A stretch of 64,000 bases of DNA from an uncultured virus (IMG/VR IMGVR_UViG_3300027973_000046) (taxonomy: Duplodnaviria > Heunggongvirae > Uroviricota > Caudoviricetes). Below, piece after piece: positions 17,260 to 26,831 of this stretch; the first letter of the stretch is position 1; the number at the start of each line of letters is the position of its first letter. The notes under the pieces were generated by a model that saw only the letters and a program-made list of their open reading frames with translations, was not told the origin of the DNA and did no database searches. The position numbers were made by a program, and so were the translations under genes. Location: positions 1-64,000 of IMG/VR virus record IMGVR_UViG_3300027973_000046; one strand, written 5' to 3'.

Positions 17260-20200
17260 TTTATCTCCTTGATATTTAATGTTCCGTCATCTAATTTAGA
17301 TAACGTAACCTTACACTTCATTCCTTCTCGCATTTTTGCCAAAGTCATTTTATACATTGCTGGGAAGGCAATTGCTCTTGTTAACTTCTTATCTTTATCT
17401 GATAATACTAAGTGACTCATTTGCTTGCCAGCTTTAGTTGTATAAGGTGTAAAGTTTACCACAATGTGCTCGTCCTCTTCAAGATCATATTGTTTCCTAT
17501 ATAAGTAATCAACAAATAAATCGTTGGAGTCTGGATTTATGTCAGATACCTTTACGTACCTAGATATTCTATTATCGCCCACTAAAATAAAATACATCTG
17601 GCCTGTTTCTATTTGTGTCTGCTCGGTATGGAATAAACCAACAGAACCAGTTTCATCAACTAGCTCGACTCTAGCCCATCCATTTCCACGCTTGATTGAT
17701 TTAACCATTCCAAACATTACAAATGAACCAAGATCATCAAATTCTTCAATGGGTCTGGCTTGGGCTTTAATTCTTGGGGGGACCCCCTCTAGATTAAATG
17801 TTGGAATATTTAAATATTCGTAGTAATTGTCTTTTTCATTTCCTTGCCTTTTGTTATCAGAGAACGCAGCACCGCCGATGGAGTTAAGAGCAGCAATAGC
17901 ACGGCTATTAATGCCAGAACCTTTTTTCGATGCTTTATCAATAAAGTCAGCATAGTCATTGAAGGGTCTTCTTTCTATTATTTTATTAGCAATATTGTCT
18001 GAAATAAACTTTACTTCAGCTAAACCAAATCTGATTGCATTGTCTTGTAGAGAAAAATATACTTGAGATTCATTAATGTGCGGCAATAAAACTTTTAGCC
18101 CAAGACGCTTTGCCTCAATTAAATATTCAGTTCTTGCGTCTTTGTCATTTTCATTTTTAAGAATTGAAAACATGAACTCAAGCGGATAATAAAACTTAAG
18201 CCAAGCAGCATAATAACTAAGCATAGAGTAAGCAACAGCATGGGAGCGGTTAAAAGAATAACCAGCATGCGCCTCAAAATCATGCCATAACGCCTCTGCC
18301 TTTTTCTTAGTAATGTGTTCTGAAGCCCCAGTAACAAATTTATCTTTGAACTGGTCAAATTCTTTTGCATCTTTTTTCTTTCCAATAATCTTGCGGACCT
18401 TATCAGCCTCTGCCCAAGTCATGCCACCCAAGTGTACACACGCCTGCATAACTTGCTCTTGATATATAATAACACCATATGTGTTCTCGGTAAAAGGCTT
18501 CATGATTGTATGTATATAGTCTACGGCTTCTTTGCCATTCTTACGAGCAATATATGCAGCACCTACAGTATTCATTGCTCCAGGGCGAACTAGGGCGTTA
18601 GAGGCGGCAAGATCTTCAAACTTATCTATACCCATTTTAATTAAAAGATTTGTGTAAGGAGTTGCTTCTGCCTGGAATACACCCTTTGTATACCCATCGT
18701 TCAGCATCTTGTAAATATTAGCATCATCCATAGTCATTTCAGAAAGATTAATTGCCTTTCCATGCCTATCTTTAATTGACTTAAGGGTGTCAGAAATTAC
18801 AGATAAGGTCTTAAGACCTAGTGCATCTAGTTTTATAAGACCTATATCCGCAACCGTATCCATATCGTATGCGACGACTGGAATTCTTCCTGATACTTTA
18901 TCTTGTGCATCTTCACGAGATTCTACTGGGGCAAACTTTCTTAAATCATCCTTAGCTACTACAACTCCAGCAGCATGCACTCCAACCGATCTGATTCTTC
19001 CCCTTAGCCTGTCTGCAAGCCAAACAACTTCTGGGTACCTCAATCTAAATTCTTTTGTGTTTGGAGAGTCCATAAAATCTTCAAAGGTGTCCACAGACTT
19101 TAGTGCACGGTTAACTTCTTGAAGTGGAACCATAAATACACGAGAAGCATCCCTAATGACACCCTTGTCTTTAAAGTATGTGTATGTAGATATAGAAGCA
19201 ACATGCTTAAATTTTTTCTTTAAATAATCTTTAACTTCTTTTCTACGGCGGTCTTCAAAATCTGTATCGATATCTGGGAAGTCGTTGCGCTCTTCATTAA
19301 TAAATCTAAAGAACAAGAGGTCGTATTTAATTGGATCCACATCTGTAATTCCTAATGTATAACAAACTAACGATCCAGCGGCAGATCCACGTCCAGGACC
19401 AACCATAATGTCATTTTCTTTAGCCCAATTAATCATATCCCCAACAACAAGGAAGTATGAAGCAAAATTTTTCTTGGCAATAATAGCAAGCTCTTCGTTA
19501 AGCCTGTCTATATAAATAGGCTCTGAAGCCTTCTGCAGGCGTTCTAAGCCCTTTTCAGCCAACTCTCTTAGTCTTTCATCAGCATCAGTCTTTGGGACTG
19601 GTAGGAGGTCTAGGCCCTGATAGAAGTCATAGTCTCCAACCTTATCAGCAATTTCCATGGTATTTTCATATATATCTGTGCGCTGGATACCAGTTTTATT
19701 AAAGTCTGCCTCTATCTCAGAACGACTTTGAATAAATAGGTTCATGTCTTGAAATGAAATTCTACGGTCAGGATAAAGATAGTTAAATCTATCTAACATA
19801 TCCTTCATGTTTCTGGACATATCGAAGTCCGTGTCTTTGTCAGCTTTTGGAGATGTGGATAGGATTAGCAATGCTTCTTCTAATATTCTATCTTCTTCTT
19901 TAGCAAAGTGAGCATCTCCTGTTGCCACCGCTTTAATTCCAAGCTTGTCTGCTAATTCTAAAAGGGCAGAGTTGATCTCCATAGGGTTATGTGATTGCAC
20001 TTCCACGTAAAAATCTTGTCCGAAAGTTTGTTTAAAGCCTTTGAGAAGAAGTTCTGCTTCCTCCATGTTACCTTTATCGATAGCCTTACTAATGAGTCCA
20101 TTAAGACATCCGCTGAGAACGATAATACCTTCGCTATAATCATTTAAAACCTCTCTATCAATACGTGGCTTATGATAAAAGCCTTCGTTCCAAGCAAGCT

Positions 20201-20525
20201 CTTGTAGAATATTTATATTCTCCAGCCCCTTTTTATTTTTCGCTAGCAAAATAATATGGTTGTAGGCCTGAATAGACTTATCTGTTTTAGATGATCTGTC
20301 AAACCTATCGGTTGGAGAAATGTACGCCTCAACACCAAGAATTGGCTTAATGCCAGTTTCCTTTGCGGCAATTTGCATATCTCTGTGTGACGAGAGAGTA
20401 CCATGGTCTGTAATTGCAATCGCAGTTTGCCCAGCATCTAACGCTGCTTGGCATAATTCTTTAGGTGAATTTAGTCCATCCATTAATGAATAGTATGAAT
20501 GAACATGTAGGTGTGTAAAACTCAT
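17256..20525 (-). CDS. dnaE: DNA polymerase III alpha subunit (family C)
   Basis: PHP domain HLHVH..DG, TDHG, GVEAY; GPGRGSAAGS; FPDIDTD; KLDALGL; YSFNRSHA; C-terminal OB folds; no intein seen. Confidence 0.97.
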   Translation of the reverse strand: MSFTHLHVHSYYSLMDGLNSPKELCQAALDAGQTAIAITDHGTLSSHRDMQIAAKETGIKPILGVEAYISPTDRFDRSSKTDKSIQAYNHIILLAKNKKGLENINILQELAWNEGFYHKPRIDREVLNDYSEGIIVLSGCLNGLISKAIDKGNMEEAELLLKGFKQTFGQDFYVEVQSHNPMEINSALLELADKLGIKAVATGDAHFAKEEDRILEEALLILSTSPKADKDTDFDMSRNMKDMLDRFNYLYPDRRISFQDMNLFIQSRSEIEADFNKTGIQRTDIYENTMEIADKVGDYDFYQGLDLLPVPKTDADERLRELAEKGLERLQKASEPIYIDRLNEELAIIAKKNFASYFLVVGDMINWAKENDIMVGPGRGSAAGSLVCYTLGITDVDPIKYDLLFFRFINEERNDFPDIDTDFEDRRRKEVKDYLKKKFKHVASISTYTYFKDKGVIRDASRVFMVPLQEVNRALKSVDTFEDFMDSPNTKEFRLRYPEVVWLADRLRGRIRSVGVHAAGVVVAKDDLRKFAPVESREDAQDKVSGRIPVVAYDMDTVADIGLIKLDALGLKTLSVISDTLKSIKDRHGKAINLSEMTMDDANIYKMLNDGYTKGVFQAEATPYTNLLIKMGIDKFEDLAASNALVRPGAMNTVGAAYIARKNGKEAVDYIHTIMKPFTENTYGVIIYQEQVMQACVHLGGMTWAEADKVRKIIGKKKDAKEFDQFKDKFVTGASEHITKKKAEALWHDFEAHAGYSFNRSHAVAYSMLSYYAAWLKFYYPLEFMFSILKNENDKDARTEYLIEAKRLGLKVLLPHINESQVYFSLQDNAIRFGLAEVKFISDNIANKIIERRPFNDYADFIDKASKKGSGINSRAIAALNSIGGAAFSDNKRQGNEKDNYYEYLNIPTFNLEGVPPRIKAQARPIEEFDDLGSFVMFGMVKSIKRGNGWARVELVDETGSVGLFHTEQTQIETGQMYFILVGDNRISRYVKVSDINPDSNDLFVDYLYRKQYDLEEDEHIVVNFTPYTTKAGKQMSHLVLSDKDKKLTRAIAFPAMYKMTLAKMREGMKCKVTLSKLDDGTLNIKEIK

Positions 20526-20731
20526 TAATATCCGCCCATGCATTCGTTTCTAGTATGATAAAGTCTAATCTTTGTCATTGTTTTTTTATTTGGTGCATAT
20601 AAATCTTCGCCACAACAAGCTGCCTTTAAATGCCATTCTTTTGCAAAGAAATCATATAGCATTCCCTTGTAGTCCTTATATTTGTGCGCCACAAAAGTAT
20701 CGAAAGGATCTGGTATCTCGTATGTGTTCAT
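20525..20731 (-). CDS. Hypothetical protein
   Basis: ORF with its own -10 box; TAATG coupling to dnaE. Confidence 0.6.
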   Translation of the reverse strand: MNTYEIPDPFDTFVAHKYKDYKGMLYDFFAKEWHLKAACCGEDLYAPNKKTMTKIRLYHTRNECMGGY

Positions 20732-20744
20732 ATAAGCATTCTAC

Positions 20745-20779
20745 TAAATAACACAGGGGCAGTCAATAGACTGCCCCTG
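20745..20779 (-). terminator. Putative intrinsic terminator after the SSB gene
   Basis: Perfect 11-bp stem CAGGGGCAGTC-N4-GACTGCCCCTG (20754-20779), followed on the minus strand by TGTTATTT. Confidence 0.7.
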
Positions 20780-20791
20780 GTATTTAATTAT

Positions 20792-21460
20792 TTACCAGTC
20801 TAAGTTGCTACTTGTTGCCGAAGGCTCATCTGCATGAGTACTTTCTCCAGCAAAGAAAGCTTCTTGTTCTGTGTAAGGCATGTCACGAACTGCAGATGTT
20901 TCAAGATCAAACAGTTCTAGTGTTGAAGCATCAAATGGTGCTTCATCTTTTGCCAATGGAATGATTGTGTAACTTGTGTCTGTCTTTGTTCCAGAACGCT
21001 TTACACGCCACATCAAATTAGTGATGCTTCCCATTTCGCCAGCATATTCAATTAATGTTGGGGTAATTGTTTTACCGCTTGAACCTTGAGAAAGAATAGC
21101 CACGTATGGGTCTTCTTTGCCATCATCAACAAGAACATTAATGTAAAGTCGTGAACGACCCTTCCATCCAGCCTTGTAGTCCTTGCGGTGCTGTTCACAC
21201 CCGTAGCACTTGCCTTGATCTTCCATTATGCAAAGACCTTTTCGGCGGTAATCTTTTGGATTAGTATGCTCTACGGCAATAAATCCAAGACCAGCTTTTT
21301 CATTGTATGTAGGTGAGTCGGGATCAAGCTCTTGCAAGAAACGAATCTTAACGCTTTCTGCATCCTCTAGCTTTACCCAACGACCTTTTGCTCCATCGCC
21401 ATTTGATTGAGGCTTGTCCATAACCTTATTAAGGTCTTTCAGACCCTTTACTATTCCCAT
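20792..21460 (-). CDS. Single-stranded DNA-binding protein (gp32-like)
   Basis: KIRFL, EH..C..CYGC zinc site, KRSGTKTDTSY, acidic tail ending LDW. Confidence 0.75.
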   Translation of the reverse strand: MGIVKGLKDLNKVMDKPQSNGDGAKGRWVKLEDAESVKIRFLQELDPDSPTYNEKAGLGFIAVEHTNPKDYRRKGLCIMEDQGKCYGCEQHRKDYKAGWKGRSRLYINVLVDDGKEDPYVAILSQGSSGKTITPTLIEYAGEMGSITNLMWRVKRSGTKTDTSYTIIPLAKDEAPFDASTLELFDLETSAVRDMPYTEQEAFFAGESTHADEPSATSSNLDW

Positions 21461-21502
21461 ATGCTTCTCCTTTGTAGTTGATGGTATACATCCATCTGTT
21501 TA

Positions 21503-22507
21503 TTATTTATCATGGGCCCAAGATTGATATTCAATATTGGAAACTGCGTTTTTAATACAGGCTTTAATTTCCTCTTCGGTCATGTCGCCAGCATCTTTTG
21601 CATCATGTGGATATATCTTACCATATTCATACGAAGCCCACAAGAGGTCTTTATTCTTTAATCTGGAGGCTATGCTGTTGGCAAGCTCACGGCCAGCGTG
21701 ATCAGAATCAGTCATAAAAGTAACTTTATTAAAATATCTATTTATTAATGCAATATTTTCTGTTGATACATTGCCACCGAGTGTTGCAATTACATTGGGG
21801 AATCCAGCCTGATGCACACGGATTGCATCAAAGCTAGACTCTACAATAATAACATTGTCACCTATTTTTTTAGCACGGTGAATGTTAAACATAGTTTTAC
21901 TTCTTGGTAAATTGGTACTGTTCTTAAATTTCTTTTCTGATATTGATCTGCCAACAATACCAACTGCAAGGCCGTCTGGGCTATGCACTGGCACTGTAAC
22001 CATGTCCTGCTTTGGCGAATAGCCTAAAGAGAAGTGGGACATCGAAGACATATCAATCCCTCTAGACTTAAAATAATTTTGTGCCTCTGGGCTGGAAACC
22101 AGATCGTTATATAAATTCTTTAGTATCTCTTCTGGGAACTCTACAAAGTCTGGTTTGTCTTCTAGCATATCGTTTAGAAGATCATCAAAGTTTTCTAGTG
22201 TCTCTGCCTCTTTTGAATAGACATATCTCATAGCTTCAAAATCATTCTTATGCAAAACTCTTTTAACTATCTCTATCAGAGATCCAGTTTCACCGCAGGA
22301 TGGATTAAAGCATAGCCATGCACCAGTTGTTTTACTTATGCTGCAGCTAGCACTATGTCTATTGGAATGAAATGGGCAGTAGAAAGAGATCTCTATATCT
22401 GTTTCACCCGCTACCTGTAAGCCAAGGCTTTTTACAATCGCCTTTATATGCTGCTTAGAGTATTGCGTGGTATCAGCTTTCCTTGCGTAATTGCTTCGTG
22501 CTGCCAT
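21503..22507 (-). CDS. dnaG: DNA primase (CHC2 zinc finger + TOPRIM)
   Basis: CPFH..C..CFNPSC, IVESSFDAI, ATLG, TDSDHAG, KDAGD. Confidence 0.9.
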   Translation of the reverse strand: MAARSNYARKADTTQYSKQHIKAIVKSLGLQVAGETDIEISFYCPFHSNRHSASCSISKTTGAWLCFNPSCGETGSLIEIVKRVLHKNDFEAMRYVYSKEAETLENFDDLLNDMLEDKPDFVEFPEEILKNLYNDLVSSPEAQNYFKSRGIDMSSMSHFSLGYSPKQDMVTVPVHSPDGLAVGIVGRSISEKKFKNSTNLPRSKTMFNIHRAKKIGDNVIIVESSFDAIRVHQAGFPNVIATLGGNVSTENIALINRYFNKVTFMTDSDHAGRELANSIASRLKNKDLLWASYEYGKIYPHDAKDAGDMTEEEIKACIKNAVSNIEYQSWAHDK

Positions 22508-22734
22508 GCCGTCTTCTTTCCTACATAAGTGCCATAGAGTGTCATTAAGAACATCCATGTTGTGCCATCAAATTCTACCGAAAAGTTAGTGTCTATGTCA
22601 AGTACCCTAAGATACCCTCTGTCTCTCATCTGGTGCGTAAGCATACTTTCATATTGATACTTAATGCGAACCATATCAGAGTCATCTAAAAATTCAACTC
22701 TAACCTGGAATCTTTTTATCGGTTTGTGATTCAT
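22444..22734 (-). CDS. Hypothetical protein
   Basis: In-strand ORF between helicase and primase. Confidence 0.6.
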   Translation of the reverse strand: MNHKPIKRFQVRVEFLDDSDMVRIKYQYESMLTHQMRDRGYLRVLDIDTNFSVEFDGTTWMFLMTLYGTYVGKKTAWQHEAITQGKLIPRNTLSSI

Positions 22735-23962
22735 TATTTTGGAACGGATTCTCATAAATTTCTTTGACGATACCCCTGTTGATATCCCAATCTAAGTATA
22801 AACCAAATTCATGTCCATGTCGATTCTTACGTGATACAATCTCAATCATATTTGTTCCTGGATATCTGTGGACTGCCATCGCCATATCAGCATCATATTC
22901 AATAGCCTTTGACCAAGCTACCTGAGACATCATGGGTGGATTATCTTGATCTGAAACATCGTCTGCAGTTGCTGCAGTAATATCAATAATAGGAATATTG
23001 TTTGATACTGCAAGCATCTTAAATTCACGGGAAACATTTCGGTTTCTTTCAACTTCAGAGTTGCTTCGCTTGTTGTCATTAAATAGCTGGTGATAATCAA
23101 GGATAACCAAGTCTGGCTTGTGCTGGTCGATCTTCCCTTGAATAGTTGCTGGAGTTACCTCAGTGTTACCCTCATTTGAAATAAGAATAAAGCTATTCTT
23201 GTCAGCAAATTTCTTTGTTGACCATGAGCGGAAGTTATCAATGTTAATGTCTCCCCTTGAAAAATCAGAAGCCTTAAATAATCCAGAGCCAAGCATTGTA
23301 TAAATACGATCACGCATATTCTCTGGTGACATTTCAAGGGATACAATCATAGGCTTAAACCCTTGCTCCCACGCTTTACAAGCAAGGTAGGATGTAAACC
23401 ACGTCTTACCACGCCCTGGCCAGCCGATAGCGACGATAAGGTGGCCTGGAGCCATACCTGTTGGGTATGCCAAATCTATAGCCTCAAAACCAGTCTTGAT
23501 GCCTGGAGAACCACCCATCTCTGCAGAGCGTACCTTAAGCAATTCCATATATCTAATTGCTGCATCTGCATCCGTGATGTCTAGATCTCGAACATTGTTT
23601 GTGAACCTGCTGAGGCCAGCTAATTGAGACTGCATGTTCTCAAGAACTCTTGAGGCAGCATCTTCTTTAAGTGATGATCCAGCACGGAGAATAATAGTCT
23701 TAAGTTTGTTTGAAATAAATTCATTCTTAAGTGTGTCTAGGTAGTATCCTGTCTGGCCTTTAACATCTACTGGCTCAAAGTCTTTAAACTTTTCTTGAAG
23801 AATTCCTGCTTCTGGAACGGCTTTAAACTTATAGTAGTATGACTTTAGACCGTCCCAAATATCTTTATGTGATGTAAATAGATCATCTACGTTATCCGCA
23901 AGGAGTGTACTAATGTCTTTATTTTTGCATACCGCTGAGATTAACTCTGCTTCTGTATTCAC
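22700..23962 (-). CDS. dnaB: DnaB-like replicative helicase
   Basis: GWPGRGKT, SLEM, VILDYHQL, IEYDAD, KNRHG. Confidence 0.93.
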   Translation of the reverse strand: MNTEAELISAVCKNKDISTLLADNVDDLFTSHKDIWDGLKSYYYKFKAVPEAGILQEKFKDFEPVDVKGQTGYYLDTLKNEFISNKLKTIILRAGSSLKEDAASRVLENMQSQLAGLSRFTNNVRDLDITDADAAIRYMELLKVRSAEMGGSPGIKTGFEAIDLAYPTGMAPGHLIVAIGWPGRGKTWFTSYLACKAWEQGFKPMIVSLEMSPENMRDRIYTMLGSGLFKASDFSRGDINIDNFRSWSTKKFADKNSFILISNEGNTEVTPATIQGKIDQHKPDLVILDYHQLFNDNKRSNSEVERNRNVSREFKMLAVSNNIPIIDITAATADDVSDQDNPPMMSQVAWSKAIEYDADMAMAVHRYPGTNMIEIVSRKNRHGHEFGLYLDWDINRGIVKEIYENPFQNNESQTDKKIPG

Positions 23963-24282
23963 TCTAGTCCGCCTTGCTCTACCATCTTCTTCGTTTCCTC
24001 TAGTAACAAACGACGCTTTGCCTTATCCTTTTCAATCTCAGTCCTGACTGTATCCATCTTGTCAAAGTTGTATAAAAAGAACTGGATAGTATGTCCGTGC
24101 TTTGTTAGATTGAAATAGTATTCAAGCAACTCTTTAGCACGATCAAATCCTACACTATCAATCACATCTTGCATAGCCCATTTTTCACGGAACTTGTTTA
24201 TTGATGGGGCCTTACCATACTTCTCTTTGTAAAGGTTTTGATAGAGAGAGAGAAGGATATATGGCTCTTTGCTATTTGCCAC
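23959..24282 (-). CDS. Hypothetical protein (possible helicase partner)
   Basis: Coupled directly upstream of dnaB. Confidence 0.6.
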   Translation of the reverse strand: MANSKEPYILLSLYQNLYKEKYGKAPSINKFREKWAMQDVIDSVGFDRAKELLEYYFNLTKHGHTIQFFLYNFDKMDTVRTEIEKDKAKRRLLLEETKKMVEQGGLE

Positions 24283-24475
24283 GCTTTAGCTCTTCCTCAA
24301 CCTCTTCTGTTTTTTGAATTAGTTTGTTCTCAACAAAAGTATATACTCGCTCTGTTGCAGCTTCTACTGTCTCGCCTTGCCTTACATCATCTTCAATGCC
24401 TACACCAATCTTAATGCTTTCATAGTTACCAAGATTTCTAGTAAAGGAAAGATCTACTTTTACTCTCGTTGTCAT
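24272..24475 (-). CDS. Hypothetical phage protein
   Basis: TRNLGNYESIKI motif; packed ORF. Confidence 0.65.
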   Translation of the reverse strand: MTTRVKVDLSFTRNLGNYESIKIGVGIEDDVRQGETVEAATERVYTFVENKLIQKTEEVEEELKRGK

Positions 24476-24585
24476 TTGTGTTCCGCCTTCTTATGTCTAC
24501 TAAGTGTATCGCTAGCAAATATGCCCCAACGAACTTCTATTTCCCGCTTACAGATATCGCAAGTCACTGCTCTACTTTTTTCCAT
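24472..24585 (-). CDS. 37-aa C2H2-like zinc-finger peptide
   Basis: Hand translation MEKSRAVTCDICKREIEVRWGIFASDTLSRHKKAEHK*; its stop overlaps the next ATG. Confidence 0.6.
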   Translation of the reverse strand: MEKSRAVTCDICKREIEVRWGIFASDTLSRHKKAEHK

Positions 24586-24703
24586 CTTCAGCCTTTTTTA
24601 CTATCACAGGGCCGTTCTTAGAATTCCAGTATTCAACTTCTGCTTCACGCTTGCGTTTTTTTGCAGCTCCAGTTTCAAGTGTGTATCGTACCATTTCAGC
24701 CAT
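24572..24703 (-). CDS. 43-aa hypothetical protein
   Basis: Hand translation MAEMVRYTLETGAAKKRKREAEVEYWNSKNGPVIVKKAEDGKK*; TAATG coupling. Confidence 0.55.
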   Translation of the reverse strand: MAEMVRYTLETGAAKKRKREAEVEYWNSKNGPVIVKKAEDGKK

Positions 24704-25188
24704 TACTCCGCCTTCCATACTGGGACAAACTTTCCGTCTTCTGTCTTAGTATACAATACTAAGTTGTTTTTGAGAAGGGCTTGGACCTCTGCCTTTGAAG
24801 GAATTTCTTTTGAGTGTCCTGAATCTAATATGTGTTGGTGTATATCTAATATGTTCTTTTGATTAAACATATACTGAGACCAATTTTCGCTATCTGGTTG
24901 TCCTATTGGATATATCTTTTGAGGGGTAGCAACCTTTTCATTTAATATATATTCTTGTATAGTTACCCTATGCTTGTTAAGCATAGAGGCAACTTCTACA
25001 ACAGTATAAGCAGTCTCCATATTCTTTTTAACCTGGGAATATGAATACATAACTCTCTTCTTGTCTGGGTAGCACCAAGCAATCATTTCATCTTTTGATC
25101 TGGATGCTTTTAAAACCTTATGTATCTTATCGTTTAAGAAGAAATACCGTAAGCTTTTTGATTTGCCGTCTCTTTTGATTCCAGCCAT
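24703..25188 (-). CDS. MerR-like HTH DNA-binding protein
   Basis: AYTVVEVASMLNKHRVTIQEYI. Confidence 0.65.
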   Translation of the reverse strand: MAGIKRDGKSKSLRYFFLNDKIHKVLKASRSKDEMIAWCYPDKKRVMYSYSQVKKNMETAYTVVEVASMLNKHRVTIQEYILNEKVATPQKIYPIGQPDSENWSQYMFNQKNILDIHQHILDSGHSKEIPSKAEVQALLKNNLVLYTKTEDGKFVPVWKAE

Positions 25189-25319
25189 TTTCCGAAAGCA
25201 CTCGTTTCTTTATTGCACATCCAGCGTTTGCCGCACATGATACAGAATAATTCCATATGTAGTTTTTGTGAGAACACTCTGTCTACAAAAACTCTTCCAT
25301 TACATTTTCCGCACCACAT
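25134..25319 (-). CDS. Zinc-ribbon protein
   Basis: CGKC...CIMCG. Confidence 0.7.
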   Translation of the reverse strand: MWCGKCNGRVFVDRVFSQKLHMELFCIMCGKRWMCNKETSAFGKWLESKETANQKAYGISS

Positions 25320-26119
25320 TATAAAGTAAACAGCTTCCCGTCAACGACACATGAATAATCAGGGGCTACGTGGATCATCTGAATATGCGGGTAGTCATTA
25401 ACAATGTGAGCAATTGCAAAACCCTTTTGCCAATCGTGGTGCTGCATGTATTTCATTCCTGGACCTTTTTCATCACACATGTGGCCAAGCTCATAGCCTC
25501 GAAGTGTTTCTCCTTCTCCGCCGTTTCTTAATTCATAAGTAACTAGGTGTGATGCAATTCTGTGAGAGTGGCCTCTAATTAAAGATACCTGAAGATCTTC
25601 CATGTCTTTTCGTACTGAGCCTGTTGCTGCAATTGAAAGACCGTGGTGTACGTGAATGTCTCCAAATCTGCGCTTTGGCAATTCGTTATAATGAATGTAT
25701 TCGTATCCCAATGAATCAAGTCCCCACAAAGCTTCTGGTGTAACTTCTGAAATATAATCAGGAAGTTTTGCATCTACGTAATTAAAAATTCTAACGTCGT
25801 GGTTTCCTAACGCTGAAAATAGCTGTGCGTCTGGAAGCATGTCTCTAGTCTTGGCATAAAAATCTCTTGCGCCCTTTGCTTCATGGCGCATCATTGGAAC
25901 AATCAGATCTCTGCTATCTGTCTTATGAAGGTTTAAAAACTCTGCTGATCTACCTTCTGTGTACTTGCTGTAGCATGCCTGATCGTCTGTATCACCTAGG
26001 TAGTCAACGACATCTGGCTTAAACCACTTCATTACTTTAAACCAAAGTGCAATCATCTTATCATCCTGATATGGGAATTGCTGGTCGGATGAAATCATCC
26101 ACTTTAAATCGTTGCTCAT
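25319..26119 (-). CDS. Calcineurin-like metallophosphoesterase
   Basis: SDQQ, GDTDD, GNHD, HHG, GHSHR. Confidence 0.85.
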   Translation of the reverse strand: MSNDLKWMISSDQQFPYQDDKMIALWFKVMKWFKPDVVDYLGDTDDQACYSKYTEGRSAEFLNLHKTDSRDLIVPMMRHEAKGARDFYAKTRDMLPDAQLFSALGNHDVRIFNYVDAKLPDYISEVTPEALWGLDSLGYEYIHYNELPKRRFGDIHVHHGLSIAATGSVRKDMEDLQVSLIRGHSHRIASHLVTYELRNGGEGETLRGYELGHMCDEKGPGMKYMQHHDWQKGFAIAHIVNDYPHIQMIHVAPDYSCVVDGKLFTL

Positions 26120-26136
26120 TGTCTACCTTAATATGT

Positions 26137-26161
26137 AAAAAAGTCACGGGTACGTGACTTT
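26137..26161 (-). terminator. Hairpin plus U-tract (terminator or attenuator)
   Basis: AAAGTCACG-N4-CGTGACTTT running into TTTTTT on the minus strand. Confidence 0.55.
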
Positions 26162-26162
26162 G

Positions 26163-26201
26163 ATGTTACAGTAATTGTAACATATTGGTACGAATTGTCA
26201 A
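26163..26201 (-). promoter_or_regulatory. Sigma70-type promoter with an overlapping palindromic operator
   Basis: Minus strand TTGACA-N16-TACAAT with a TG extension; ATGTTACA-N5-TGTAACAT palindrome (26163-26183) over the -10 box. Confidence 0.7.
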
Positions 26202-26207
26202 TAGGTT

Positions 26208-26648
26208 TTATATGGAGTCTGTTGCAAAAACATCAAAATATAATGTTGCTTTTGTTCCGCCAGAACCACTTCTCATATAAAAAACAGCCTTGTCTTTGGT
26301 TACAGAAAAAGTTGTTGGGTGAATTCTAAGCTGTGCTTGATCTAGTTTTTGCTTGTTAACATTTACTTGTAACCAAACTCTAGGAGCTTTTGTAAATAGG
26401 CCAGTTGGGAACGTTACTTCAATTTTTCCAGATGGGTAATTTGTAGGAATAATGTCACATTTTACAAGTCCTTGGCTCCAGATTCTACCTGAAACGGATT
26501 GATCTTTTCCTTCTTCTTCAGCATTTTGCAATATAATGCTTTGTGCTGTGCTTTGTTTATTAACTGTCTCTAAATCTATAATAAGATTATTAATGATCTC
26601 TGCTGTTACTGGGTCTCCCGCAGTTATAGCCCTTGACTTTATTGCCAT
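26208..26648 (-). CDS. Minor tail / tail-tip associated protein
   Basis: ITAGDPVTAEIIN; VTFPTGLFTKAPRVW beta domain; end of the tail cluster. Confidence 0.5.
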   Translation of the reverse strand: MAIKSRAITAGDPVTAEIINNLIIDLETVNKQSTAQSIILQNAEEEGKDQSVSGRIWSQGLVKCDIIPTNYPSGKIEVTFPTGLFTKAPRVWLQVNVNKQKLDQAQLRIHPTTFSVTKDKAVFYMRSGSGGTKATLYFDVFATDSI

Positions 26649-26650
26649 TA

Positions 26651-26803
26651 TTACTCCTTTATTGGTTCCGCTGGAACTTCTTGTTTTGCTTCTGTAAGCT
26701 GTGTTATCTCAGCACGAAGAATTGCAATATGGGTCTCATATTGTGAGACAATCTCTCCAATGCGTTGCTGTAACGCAGTTATAACTAGTTCTGTTTTATC
26801 CAT
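26651..26803 (-). CDS. 50-aa coiled-coil protein
   Basis: Hand translation MDKTELVITALQQRIGEIVSQYETHIAILRAEITQLTEAKQEVPAEPIKE*; AAGGAG RBS. Confidence 0.75.
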   Translation of the reverse strand: MDKTELVITALQQRIGEIVSQYETHIAILRAEITQLTEAKQEVPAEPIKE

Positions 26804-26831
26804 TATATCTCCTTGATAGATTTAAAGTATA

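Noticed and set aside
8133..23962. Inteins or introns in terL, recA, dnaE, dnaB
   Set aside because: Lengths are normal, reading frames are continuous, and no intein C/S...HN termini or LAGLIDADG motifs were seen.
24377..24862. 161-aa plus-strand ORF
   Set aside because: The region is tiled by coupled minus-strand ORFs.
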